Made by a program: the position numbers and the translations under genes
Part shown: positions 50,782 through 64,000 of the stretch, in pieces
Layout of the letters: every line of letters begins with the position of its first letter
Numbering within the stretch: the first letter of the stretch is position 1
The notes under the pieces: model-generated
The model's input: only the letters and a program-made list of their open reading frames with translations
Told to the model about the DNA's origin: nothing
Databases searched by the model: none
NCBI GenBank assembly: GCA_021613535.1
Contig: CP075495.1
Coordinates: 4,712,001-4,776,000 of the forward strand
From: Adineta vaga
Lineage: Eukaryota > Animalia > Rotifera
Direction of reading: 5' to 3'
Length of the DNA: 64,000 nucleotides

Positions 50782-53625
50782 TCAAAATTTACGATCTATG
50801 GGAATAACACCAGAATAATTTGCACTTGCCAAAGGACATCCATCTCTCGTTACTCCTCCTGTACCCCACCACGCTGGAAAATATACACCATTCGATTCAA
50901 GTACAAAAAATATAAAATATCCACAAATTACAACCCCACAACTCATTGCTGCTGAGAAGATAAATGCATATTTTTTCCACCAATCATGTACATATCGATA
51001 TAGGACATAGTTAAAAATAAAACCAATGAAAAACCATGTTGGAAATTCTGCTGCCGAAGCTGGTGGAATATTGAGTGGACCCATAAGAAGAATTGGAAAA
51101 TTGATCAATGCAAACCGTTTAATACTTGGATACTTTTTCCATAAGTACCAACTGAGTATTGGTAGAAAGAAACCAAGTGGTATTGCCAAAAGAACTATGG
51201 AATATCGTGAGCCTGGTGCAAACACTCCTAATTAATGAGAAGAAAAATGCTTTTCAATGATTACGAAAAAGAAAGGTAGTTTTATTTACTAGATAAACTA
51301 AATACGATCGATGCTGTATAAGTATTTTCAACATTCAAACATTTCCAAGAAGGATTATCATTTGTACAAATATTTGCAACATTATTGAGAAGATATAATG
51401 CAGTCGAGTAATGCACTATAGAAGCAATAATGGCAGATGTAATCATCAATGCAAGTGTTACACGAGGTGATATCTTAGAGTTTAGGAAAAAATAAAATTG
51501 ATATAAAGACACAATTAGTTAGCTTTCCTACTTTCATATAATGTCCGATTTTATAGTTCGTTAAGTAGATCATAATTTGATTTTGAGATGCAGTTGAAAA
51601 TATACGAAATGCAAGAAAACCAAGTGGACGACCAGGCAAAATGAGACCACTAACAAAATCACTTAAAATGAATGTCTCTACAATACGATATACGAATGCA
51701 TTTCGCTTTTCAAAAGTGACATAAAAAGATTATCAGAAAACTTACGTATCGACATACTTGTTGTTGCTGTTATAATGCCATTTGGTAAAGTATTAATGCA
51801 GAGAAAAATAATTGTTACTGGAAAGAAATCGAAATTTTCGATATAGAAGTTTTGAAAAAAAAAACATTTTCACGTACAAAGCATCATCCCTGGTGGCATT
51901 AATTTTGTACTAGCACAAAATATAGTTGCAATCAGTAATGTCGCTATAAGTGTAGTATAGTACCTAGAAAGAATATAAAGATGTAAGTACGAATATGTCC
52001 GAAATACTTACCACCATTCAGGAACTGCTGGATAATATGACATAAGTTTCGCATGAATATCATTTTTCGCATCGGCTAGACTTGAACGATATTGTTCAAC
52101 GATCGATTTACCTACAAACATACTCAAATGGATTATTGCACGTTAGATTTCTATATTCAAAATTTCAAGTGATGACACATAACTATTTTCAAAACACCAG
52201 TACAAAAGTTTTGTTATACAAAGATAGAACATTACCATGATAAAGTATTGTATGTATGATAATTGCTGATCAAGAAGCAAACATAAAAGTCGTTGAAACA
52301 ATACTACCAGCTGTTAACTGTCCTTCACCTACAATATATCACTTAACTATAAGTCGAATAAGAAGATTTATTGATTACCATAGATTTGACGAGCTGTTTG
52401 ATTTACACGAAAATGATCATTCATTATTTTTCGAACATTATAATAATATCCATCGGCATCAAAAACTCGATTTGATACAATAGGCATTTCTTGTAAATTC
52501 CACACGTTCAAATAATAGATAATTGGTGTGACGATCCAAATTGTAGCTACAAATCCAACAAAAATATTAACATGTGCCCTATACAAAAAGTAACTTTTTC
52601 ATAATTCAAATTTTCTTAGAAATTCACCAGAATGGTACCAGTATTGGTGAATCTTGATACGATACCCAAGCATTTCAATCGAGTTGTATTGCTCCTAAAC
52701 CAAGTCCATTAGCACCAGTTATTTGTGAAAAAATAAGATTATCCGGTGCAATCATACAAAGCAATGAAAGAGCTGATAACAAAGGAAACATATAACCCGG
52801 TAACCAATACCAAAAAAATTGTAAAAGAACAACGGTCCAAAAAAATTTCGCACGTGACATCGTCCAACGAGATTTTGTACCAATTCATTCATTTGAGTCA
52901 TCGATTAATGTACGAATTAATGAACAACTCATCAATGTTTTTGGCCATATCATAGAAGCTGGCCAGATGAGAAATCTATTTAAAATACCCGATACAGTAA
53001 TTGCAATAAATTGCATAATTAATATAAATAATATTGCACTAAAATGATTCAGATAATATTTATAATAAAAACGTTGAATAGTAATCGTTTCGATTGCTTC
53101 AGATGTACGTGTACATGATGTTGCCATAATTGTAATAAGAGCATGTTCTTTATATGTAAATGAACCTGGATTGATTTTTATATTAAATATAGTAGATGGT
53201 AAAATTGTAGCCATAATTTTACCGATTAAATATGAAATTAATATAACAATGCCAACATTGACATCTAATGGTAATGTACGAAAAGCGAAAAATTGAACAG
53301 TGAATGACATAAGACATGTTAGTAATATTCCAATAAATATAGAACGAAATGTTACGCACAACATCGTTGGATCATCTGTGTTAGATATATGAGCTTCTAC
53401 TTCTTCATAAGATGACCCTTCAGTGGACTTCGAAGATATCGTATTAGTCAGTAGCAATTCATTATCATCATCCTGTAATAGAAAAACATTATAAGAAAGA
53501 AAACCTTCTCATGTTAATAGAACTACTTTATCACGCTTTTCGTAGGGTGGGTTTTTATAGATAGATTCAGTTGGTGTTTGAGATTTTTCGTCGACATTTT
53601 CGTATTCATTTCGAGTAACCAACAT
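50782..53625 (-). pseudogene. OPT-family oligopeptide transporter (fungal/plant type) with three in-frame TGA stops
   Basis: SYEEV..ISNTDDP...TFR, NPGSFTYKEHALITIM, WPASMIWP, DIHAKLMSYYPAVPEWWY, PGRP and KIGHYMKISPR; TGA at 52885-52887, 52675-52677 and 52270-52272. Confidence 0.88.
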
Positions 53626-54245
53626 GATTTCGATTAGAAAACCGACTAAACACAACTACTTAGGTTTGGATGACAATCATTCATTCATTGAAAATGCAAA
53701 TAAAAGAACACACATTCTATTGCTATAAAAATAAGAAACAAAAAAAAAGAAGGAAATGTTTCCTCAGTTTTTTATATCGTTTGTAATAAACATACTAATG
53801 TTTATCATACCACTTGTAAGTCATACGCAAATTTCACAATTACTGATGGATAATCGTACGTAAAGAATAACTATATTGAATAAATTCCTGGTAAATCTTT
53901 CGCATCTGAAGTCAACTTTGATTGCACAATTATAACCATATGTTTTTCTTAACTAATACAAATTACCCACTCGATTTGCAGCAATAGAAAAACTCCTTTT
54001 AAATACATAAATGCAATTTATGATCGGCTTCAATTTAGTTACTTTTATCTGCAAATTTCATTCGAATGCGGCAGAAAAAAATCAATTTCTATAGAGCATT
54101 GATTCGAAGAAATTTTATGAAATGATATAAATGTTATTCAATTTATTTCCACGCGCTAATTCTTCTTTCAATACATTTTTTTTCTAATCATACAATTACA
54201 CGAAATACCCTGATGTATTTATAAAACAACGAGATCATTTAGCAG

Positions 54246-57200
54246 ATGGCAAACAGAAAACAAACGAATGGTATTATTTTAATATCATCAATTATATGTT
54301 CATTCTATCGTCCTTATTACTCTCATAGATCTTAAAATATCATTAAAAAAAGTACGTCAAACGAATTGGTTTGATGGTATTCATGAACTACCTATTAATA
54401 TCGATAAAGGTTAGAGTAGAATATGCAATAGCATCACGAACTGATCATTTCTTATTTGTAGAATTGTTAGATGAATGTTCTGAAATGATTCAAAATTTTA
54501 GTAAGTATGGTTCAATGAAACATATTTATTTTCATATATTGAGTTTTGTTTTAGTTGATAACGAAAGATCATTATCGCCAAAACCAGCTCAATCAAAATC
54601 AAAATCACGAAAACAACAAGGTCTGAATTCCCTCATTTCTCATAATCTATCTATTCACACAAATTAACAATTGATTTAGCTAAGAAAAGTAAAAAATCCC
54701 AAATAAAAGCAACTACTAAACTCTCCAATCACAAATCTTCTCGTCAACGAACAAAATCAAATAAATCACAAAAAAAACTACAAAAGAAAACCATTCCACC
54801 ATTTCATCATACGCAAATCATAAGTACCAATGCACATTCTTGTTATCCATCGTAAGATCATTTCGAAACTATGATTAATCAAATCATAGAATTCACTTCA
54901 GAGTATTTCCATGCTATCGTTCGTGTGGTCCAATTCATTGCCCAAAAAATAAATTGCCCATGCCTCGAGATCTCTGGTACCGTATTGTTTATTCTCAAGC
55001 ACTTGAACAACAATTAGGTAAATAGAGATTATCATCGAAAGTGAAAATGATCTATGTATGAATACTTTCAGTTGCCTCTTCGAAAAGAAAACAAAGAGAA
55101 GGTATTGTTTTTCATCGAAGATGGAATAAAAATAAATAAATAACTTTTTCTTACGGTTCAGTTGAAGAAAACGAATCGATTGAAGATTCATCATTATTCC
55201 ATCAATCACATAGTTTGTCAAAAGAATCTTTTGCTTTGTTTATATTAAGGATTTCATAATAATTTAGAGAATAAATTAACTAGCAATAGTTTACCACTAC
55301 AGCAAACAATGAATGCAGCATTTTCATCACCAACAACTTCAGAGTTCGTTAAGTTAAACGGTATGGATTACAAATTCTTCTATCACACACAATTTCTGTC
55401 TCTTATACGAATCATTTGTAAAAAACAGAATTTCAAAATTCTGTTGATATTATAAAAGAGGACACTATTCAAACGGGTGATATAACTCAAAACAATTCTC
55501 AGAAATCGTATCGAAGTAAAATATCTCGATATAGAAATCGTGAATAATAGATTTAATTTTAGTCGATCATCCCGGATATATTTCTGAAACTTTACCATTA
55601 GAAATCGAACATAATCATGATCAATCAAGTAAACAAATTCTACTTCTAAACTAGAAACTTATTCGTATTTTAAAAAGATCTTATAGAATTAAAAGAAAAA
55701 CGTAGGATTTCAAACAAATGTTTCTTTTGATGATCATCTATAGTAGACACAACTCCATGGATGAGTATTTCGAATAAAACAACTCAATCTACAGATGAAG
55801 AACCAATCAATTATCCTAGTATGATTTGTTTGAAAATACTGAATTGATATCATCTTATGTCTGGCTAAAACTTTCCTATGTATAGAGATGAATTCCATCC
55901 CGAATCCTTCATCCACAACAATCATCATTCTAGATAATCAGCCAGCTATTGAAAAAATCAACTGTAAATTTTCTTCTTCATTAATTCAAAGTCAAATTTA
56001 ATTAATATATAGCATCATCACTTTTGCCAAAACAATCGATGAGAACTATGTCAAATGAATATTCATCAGTTACTTCTCCGATTGTGCTCGTTCATCCATT
56101 ATACAATCAATTGGTTGAATGTACAATAGAAAATTCGATCTTTATCATAAAGCAATTTTTTCGTTTTCTTTTACGATTAGATTATAATCTTCAAGATATT
56201 TCACAAATTGAACTATTCAAACGATTGAACCGTCGATTGGCACATATACGTCAAACATTGAAAGCTATGTCATCAGATGATATCGAAATAAAACTAAAAT
56301 ATAAACGTGATGGTATTGAATAGTATCGATTTTTGATAACTTCATCGAAATAATTCTAGCCCTAGTTAAAAAACGTCAAACACCAGTTCAATCATTAACA
56401 AAAGATGAAAGAATAGCTATGACTGAATGTTAGTAGATCAATTATTATTTACAAAGAAAGATATATTTTCTTTTTTTTTCGTTTGGACCTATTTTAGTGG
56501 AATTAAATGTTTATGAATATGTTCAAGGTATGAATCAACTTTTCTATTCAAAAGAATTTCATCTTATCCTAGAATCTTGTAGCTCTCGATGGTTCACTAT
56601 CAAAATATATTTCAATAAATAATATCAATGAATCAGAATGCAAACAAATCCCATCAATTTCTCGCATTTTACCTACAGGAAAAAGTGTGATTTCACTTCA
56701 ATCATCCATCACACCATCAAGGTCAACATTCAATACAAGTAAATAAATATTTTTAGAATATCTTTCTTTTTTTACATCATCGAAGATTTCGAAGTTCAAC
56801 CATCAACTGTTAGTCAATCTGCAGCTCTTCTTTCGACTACAACAACTCAATTCAGTGACAAAACAGGTGAATTCTATAGAATCAAACATTTTTCATACAG
56901 ATTTCTTTGTATTTCGTAGAAAAATGTGTTTCATGGAATCATTCACTATTATCAACTCTAATGAATAGTTAGTTTGAAATTATTTCATTCAAATTTGCAT
57001 TCTTTATTCTTAGTGTTCGAACATTCGACATCATTGCGCAAAGCTCAAATACATAAACAATGTAAGTAAAACTCATTCCAATCGATTTCTTTCCAATCAT
57101 GTGTAGTGGCTCGACGATATGAACATATATGTAACAAAGCTCCAGAATTTAATATGACACAATTACAAGCGCGTAAGTTTTCGAAGTTATTCTTCATATT

Positions 57201-57559
57201 TAGTTTAGAATTATTGTTTGTAGAAATCAATTCGAAAGCAAAAGGTTAGTAGTTAACATTCAAATTCGAGAATTTCGAATAGATGAAAGACAGAGTCTAT
57301 TAAAAATAGAAATTGATTTAGCTTTAGTACAAAATAAAAATATTCATCACCCAAATGAACATGAACGTTTACGAATAGCCGAGTGTAAGTTCTACAAAAT
57401 GATATTTTTAAGTTTACTCTTTTTTCTTAGTGGAATTATGTCTATATGAACTTGAACAAGGTAGAATATTTATTTCAATCTATCTAAATCTCATCTTTAT
57501 ACTATTATTCTATTCTAGAACAAACTCAACGAAATCAATCGAATAAAAATGAAATTTAA
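54246..57559 (+). CDS. Uncharacterised multi-exon protein (approximate model)
   Basis: ATG at 54246 (MANRKQTN|DLKISLKKVRQTNWFDGIHELP...), many short GT-AG introns, and a duplicated motif (ERIAMTE..ELNVYE / RLRIAE..ELCLYE). Confidence 0.45.
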
Positions 57560-57698
57560 CATCTGTTGTTGCATGTGATGTTGTTATTTTTTTTCTTTTT
57601 TGTTTATTAATGATCTTTTCTTGTTATTAACGGGTTTTTTTTCTTGTTCACAAAAACAAGCGAAAGAACAGTTCGAAAAAAACAAAACAATCAATTTC

Positions 57699-58190
57699 TT
57701 ATGCTGTAGCAATGGCTGTTGATTGTTCGCCTGGTACAGTTCTAATAATATCTGAATCACCTGGATCAGTTATAGCAAGAATTCCAACACGAAAATATTT
57801 GCCACAAGCTGTACCTAATTCAATATTATTTCCACCGTAATGATGTACACCAGTTTTGGCTAACATAGCATAATATTCAATTTCACTTTTTCTATACAAA
57901 CCAAATGAATTTTATTGATTCAATGAAAGAAAAGGAAACTAAACTGACCTGATTTGAGGTGTGTTGCCTGAAACAAGAATTAATTTAGCTTGACCATTTC
58001 GCAAAGCTTTCAATGTTTGACGATAACCAAGTACATATTTGCCAGATTTCATAACAAGTTGAAGACGTTGATTAATCGTCTCAGCTTGTTTTTTCTACAG
58101 ATGAGAAGAAGAAAAAACAACAATTCACAAATAAAATTTATTTCTTTCATCAATGAAACATACTCCTGCAACTTTTTTTGGTGGTGCCAT
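57699..58190 (-). CDS. RPL30: 60S ribosomal protein L30 (eL30), 3 exons
   Basis: [28 protein letters not shown]...[36 protein letters not shown]...DPGDSDII. Confidence 0.98.
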
Positions 58191-58508
58191 AATCTAAAAT
58201 AAAATAATCAATATATATTAAATAATCATCATCATGGAAAATGAAATGAAATGAAATGATAGTATATAATAAACAAAAATCCATTGGAAATGGTATTTTT
58301 CAGTCGCCATTATCATTCGATTCTTCATTCGAATAGGTTTCAGCCTCCATTGAAATTTTTCTTTTTCACGCATAGTGAGAGCGCTACTATCGCTAAAGAG
58401 ATTTCTCTCCTTCTCGTTTGCTTGTTCTTTCTGTTTTACAATCAATAACATCATGTGTAGATGTTTTCTTTTGTTTAATAATAATAATTTTGAAAGAATT
58501 TTTTCTAG

Positions 58509-60038
58509 ATGCGTTCGTCGAATGGACCATTGAAATTATTTATTGGTAATATTGGAAATAATAATAAATCAGATTTAAGTCGAGCATTCAGTAAATATGG
58601 TGAAATCTCGACAATTTATGTTGATGAGAAGAAAAATTTTGCTTTTGTGGAATTTACTTCAGCAAGCGATGGCGAACGTGCTTTACAACATATCAATAAT
58701 AAACCAGTGAATGGTTCGAGACTTCGTGTAGAATATGCAAAATCGGATAAAGTTTCACGAGATAATCGGCGACCAATTTCACGTGAACGTTCTCCAACAG
58801 CATCATTTTATAATCATTTACAGGTTTGATAACTAATAAAAAAAAAAGATTTATTCGAATGTTTTCTATTTGTTCTCAAAGGTAACTGCAAATCGTTTAC
58901 CAGTAATGGATTCGATGCGTCACAATTATTATCAAAATCATCCCATTGCTATGATGCCCGCTTCAGCTATGTCTCGTGGTCGATCGTTAACACCACCATC
59001 ATTTAAGCAGAATGCTCGTGTTTCGTCAATGTCTCATTTACGATCTCAAGATTTCTATCCACCTTATTATCCTCATCATCCAGCTGTCTATACAGATCCA
59101 GCTTATTATCGAGCATATGGTGATCCATATTTAATGCAACGTTTGCCACCACCACCAAGTGCTTTTTTTCGTTCCACATCACCATCGTCATCTTCTCGTG
59201 CTCCGCGACACATGTATCCATCATCAGATTACGATCATCCTCCTCCAGTTTCATCTCATAAACGATCATCACGTCGAAATCGGAGTCGAAGTCCACGCAG
59301 GTACAGATTTCGCATATTGTTGTCTCTCTCTCTTTTTCTGTCATCGATGATAAACAAAGAAATCGATTGCTTCATCGTTCCGCCTCTGTCATTGAAGACA
59401 AAAGAAATCTACTTCCGACAACCGACTAATCTTTCACTTTCTCTCTCACGAAAAAAACAGACAGTTATTCGATAACTTATGGATAATAATCATTTAAAAA
59501 GGTTGGTCTTTTCCAAGTGTACTATCTGTTTTGAAAAAAAGAAAAAAGAAAAAAATATTCGATCGAGAAAGAAAGCTAATTCATAATTATTTCATGTTTT
59601 TAGAAATTCACCAGCACGAAGAGACCGATCTAGTCGTGATAAAAAACGTAAACGACGAACTTCCAGTTCAGTTTCACCTAAACATCAGCGCGATCGTGGT
59701 CCACAAACACCACCAACAACACATCGAACTAAAAAACGGTAACATAAAAAACAAGAATTATTTTTTCTATCACGATTCTACTCTGTATTTTCTCCTTTTT
59801 TTCTATCTCTAGCTCTCGTTCTGATTCAAATACAGGTGCATCAATATCTGAACGAAAATCACCTTCAACGTCATCGTCTTCATCTTCTGAAGATGAAAAT
59901 AATGATGATAAACAATCAGATTCCAAACGGTAGTATTTTGTTTAAACTTATCGAATGGTATATTTTCTCTTTTTTTCTTTAAGATCACAAAACAATGGTT
60001 CAGATCGAAAACATTCGAGAAGAAAGACTCGAGAATAA
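58509..60038 (+). CDS. RRM-containing SR-like RNA-binding protein
   Basis: RNP2 LFIGNI, RNP1 KNFAFVEF and RLRVEYA, followed by Pro/Tyr-rich and RS/SP-rich regions over several exons. Confidence 0.8.
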
Positions 60039-60674
60039 ATCAATTTTTAAAATTAATAATATTACAATATTTGTTTATTTGTTTTGTTCCTTCTCTTTCT
60101 TCTTCTATATCTGTACGTGTGCTTTTCTTTTTCTGATTTTCCTACGAAACATTCGTTATGTGATGAGAACATTTCTTACTATCGAGTTGGACCTTTTTTT
60201 ACTGATCAATTTGTTTTGTTGTATGTCATACGAGTACGAGCACATGTGTCTCGTGCGTTTTCTGTTATCTTTGGTTGTGGTTGATGCTGATGTTTTTGCT
60301 CAAAAGAAAATAAAACCAATTGTGAACACATAGACAGGTACCATCTTGAGGGCGTGGGTGTGGGTGTGGATAAAGAGAAGATAAACACCTACCGTATTTA
60401 CAGAATTCATAATTCTCAGTTGTAATAACAATCTTATTAATATTTTCTGAAGAGTCAATAAAATTTATTCTAGAATTTTCTAAATTGTTTTATTTAATTC
60501 TGTTCTTTCATCACATTTGAACATAAACATGCAAGATTATTTTAGCAAATTCTTTTCGGACTCGATTTACATTGACTTTATACGTCAATTCCATTTTTCT
60601 ATTCATAGTTGACTTCGTAAAAACTTTTGAATTAACTATGAAGATTTTTATTCGAAAAATTGCTCAGTACAAAA

Positions 60675-62232
60675 TTAAACTGACAATAAAGGAAAATAAT
60701 CATAAGCCATTTTGCGGAAGACAAATTTTCCATTAAGAAGTAATTGTTTTATTTTACTACTAGTCATTCGTGTTTCATTGTTTCTGAAGTGTTTCGTCAC
60801 CATCAGTAAATCATAGTAATTCAGTTTTAATTCAGTCAAACAAGGTAAATGCATTTTTGAATGGTTAAGAAAATGTTCAATATAATAACTATCTGTATCT
60901 TGAACACCAATCTGTTGCGAGAAGAGGATATTCTTCAAATCTCCGAAATCGTGATGATATATTACAAATAGATAAATTTTGAAGAGATGGAAAAGTGTGA
61001 GCAAGTCAAAGAAAAAATTCATAGTTGAACGGTTCGTTATCATATGATTTTAAATGAGTAACAGAACTAAACACCAGATTTGAATTACTATTTGTAATAT
61101 CTTCAAGAAGATCAAATTTGAATGGAAGTGAAAAGACGCGACTTATCATTCCAAGAGGAATAGCATCGACCAAACAGAACACATTTTGATATTTTTCTTC
61201 TGTAAAGGTTTGTTGAATATCTTCATTCGATATAGAAACAATTGTAGGACACTAATGTTTTTCAGAACTAATATAAAATGTGAATGTATGAAGTCGTGAC
61301 ATATGAATAAGACTTTGATTATCCAATTCAAAACCATTCATGACAGTAGGTGTACCAATAGTTCGAATTTATAAAGTTAAATCATCCAAATTTGGTATTC
61401 GACAAAGAAGAGGTACAATTAGGTTGTTATATTGTTCAGTACGATCATCACATTTTAATAAAAAGCATTTTAAATGAAGTAGCATATTCTCTAGAGAAAT
61501 GTAGACATTATTTTTAAGACATTTTCGTTTAAAATCGTTATTACTCTGTTGTCAGATGTGGATATAAAATCAGTAATCAATTCAACTTCAACGAAAAATA
61601 TCTGCAGTAATTTAAAACGACCATCGAGTAAAATACGAACATCATTGAAATTATATACATTAATGCATGATTTGTAAGCATCGATTGATGTCGTAGAAGG
61701 CAAATTAAGGAATAACAACATTGGATGATTCTGATTGTTCATCAATATCCAAATGGTGAGATCCATTACATTTTTCACTGCAGTTAGAATCGCTGGAAAT
61801 ACAATGATGGTATATGGTTCGATTTGTATTCTATCTTTTGAATCAATAATACAAATCAAATCTGTTATTTGCTCTTTACAAATGTGTCCAAGCATCATAA
61901 GGTTCTCATAGATGAAAAATATATGCATATTTTACTGAGTAAGAGACGTACAACAGATCTTTCATTAATATCAAAAACTTTAATCTTCATAGGATTAGGA
62001 TATACGACAGTATATCAGCATATAATCGATCTAATAATAATTTTTCAGTTGGTTGTGATAGGGACGTACAATTAAGACAATTAGTAAAGATGTCTTCTTG
62101 AATTATCATGTCAAGTCGTTGGTTTTTTAAGGCCATCATAGAATAAAGAACATCGATGGTATCAAATTTTCTCAAAATGAGAATTACTATTTCACCAGGA
62201 AGATTAAAAAAGTTAATGTCGTGTTTACTCAT
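60675..62232 (-). pseudogene. F-box/LRR-like expanded-family gene, degraded
   Basis: F-box-like FFNLPGEIVILILRKFDTIDVLYS, plus LLDGRF, VPLLCRIPNL and YIEHFL...LPCLTEL, spread over several frames with stops. Confidence 0.7.
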
Positions 62233-64000
62233 ATGTAATATTATAGCACCTAAGCAATCACTTTGTTGACTAAATATTGAATAAAAAGTTCAGATGTATC
62301 CATATATCTTTTATATATATCAAGAAGAAAATTTGTGTGTCTGTTCGCTATGCATTCGGTCCCTGTAATAGCGAGCGCCACCAAACTGCCCATGACATTT
62401 CAGTGTGAACAGGGAAAAGTCGAGAGAGGATAGTTGAAATTTAACTCAATTTCGATTAACTCATTCGATCGAACTTTAGAGTATCCGCATCTATCACTGC
62501 GTTTACGCACTGATTTGATTATATTAAAAGGAAGCGAGAGCGCTTCAAGAGTAAGATACTCACCTCGGTAGAGTGTTCGTCGAACTATCATACATTATCA
62601 TGGGCGGATGTTTATTCGCGATAGATGAGATTTTAACCCGAAGTCCAAGGCTTTTTAAATCTAAACAGAAGTGGAGACAGCGTTGGAGCGGCATCTTTAA
62701 GAAAACGGGTGGATTTGGAATGGTACGTAGTATAAGTTGTTCTATCTCAGATACACACGACGGATTACGCTGTCATGATAGAAGAAAAGTTTCAACTACA
62801 ACCCTCTCTGCATCTCCAGTCATTTTTTGAGATATGCAATTCTCAGTCTGAAAGGTTATGGACTACCATTAGGTACGCCCGCTAGCATAGGTATAAAAGT
62901 GTAGTAGACCATAAAACAATATGATTGCGTGTTGCTTGCACACACGCTAAAAAAGAGCAATCATAGATTATAATTTATTTTAATTTAAAGTGACTGGCAT
63001 TACCGACTAGTGAAGTATATTCTTGTCAGTAATCTACCTACGATACGAGAGGGTTCCCAACTTCATTTCACCATGTTTCCACTTCTACTTGATTCTTTAC
63101 TTATAGTAAGAACGAAGGTAAAAGGAACTCATTCGAACATAAGATACATAATATAAAATCCATTTCCCACTCGCTAAACTCTGGTATAAAAAGGATGTAT
63201 CAAAATGAACTGAAAATTTCTATAACAAAGATGTATAGTTGATGAACATGACCTATGGATTATTCTTTCTGCTCGTCCATTCCATACATACATACATACA
63301 TACATTTTCTTTTCCATCTGCTTCTCATTTTTTCTTTCTCAATATCAAATGATTATTTATTGGGTGGCTTATACGTTGGAAAAGAAACTTTACAATTATT
63401 TCCTGATTATGTCAAATGAATATAAGCAATTACCTTAACTTACATTTCTTATCAACGAGTCAAAAGTGACAAGTGCATGTCTTTCATTTATTATTTCTTG
63501 TTATAAAACCAATCAAGAATTTATACTGTCATTTATCCAAAGTTTCATTTTCTATTTCACATTCACGGCAAGACTTAACAATAGACACATTTCCAAGAAC
63601 AAAAATTGATATGAATAATTTTCATTGCCACTTCAAGTATGTATTATGTAAAATATCAAAAGATAACTCATCAATTAGATTTTTTCGCTGTTTACTTTTC
63701 TGGTCTAATAAATTGCGAAATATATATTTGATCATTTTAATAGCATGTAGCTGTTTGTTTTTTCGATTGCCTTCTGTGAATCAATACTCGAATAATCTTG
63801 TTATTCAATCTTCATTACCTGAAAGTAATGGATCATCGATGATTTACAATTTATTCGAACAAGCTGTTATGAGTAAGTATTGTCAGATAACTCAAGAGAA
63901 AAAATACAGGATAGGTTTTCTTCCATTATTATATATTTGCAGGTAGCTCTTCAGCATCATTATTACTTATTCCTGATAATATTCATAGTTACACATCTAT

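Noticed and set aside
52270-52887. Selenoprotein or alternative genetic code explanation for the OPT TGA codons
   Set aside because: The positions correspond to Trp, a probable Leu and a variable loop residue, not Cys. TGA is a normal stop in neighbouring genes (PDRG1, UBE3C), and I recognised no SECIS.
63473-63946. 157-aa ORF
   Set aside because: GTG start, AT-biased composition and no motif. It may include an exon of a gene running off the window, but I cannot support that.

Overview
AT-rich, gene-dense eukaryotic DNA with many short (~50-65 nt) GT-AG introns. The intron size, the expanded F-box-like and B-box-like families and a fungal/plant-type OPT transporter point to a bdelloid rotifer (inference). 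Conserved genes: 3' end of an FG-nucleoporin, BUD31, guanylate kinase, PDRG1, CFAP96/C4orf47, SKOR, UBE3C, RGP1, a Tau/MAP-like gene, an M14 carboxypeptidase, SIAE, RPL30 and an RRM/RS protein. An ~8 kb accessory block (~11.3-19 kb) holds a TTAA-flanked element with long internal inverted repeats and an apparently intact Mutator (MULE) transposon inserted in exon 1 of a double-RING gene. A Tc1/mariner-type MITE lies at 33.4-33.9 kb. Most notable: (1) a spliced in-frame chimera of a filamin actin-binding head and the anillin C-terminal half; (2) an intron-containing gene joining a Tc1/paired-like HTH to two zinc fingers, possibly a domesticated transposase domain; (3) an operon-like RGP1-UBE3C junction; (4) an OPT gene with three in-frame TGA codons; (5) a WxxW-trypsin pseudoenzyme. 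All gene models were assembled by eye and all homologies come from recalled motifs, not database searches.
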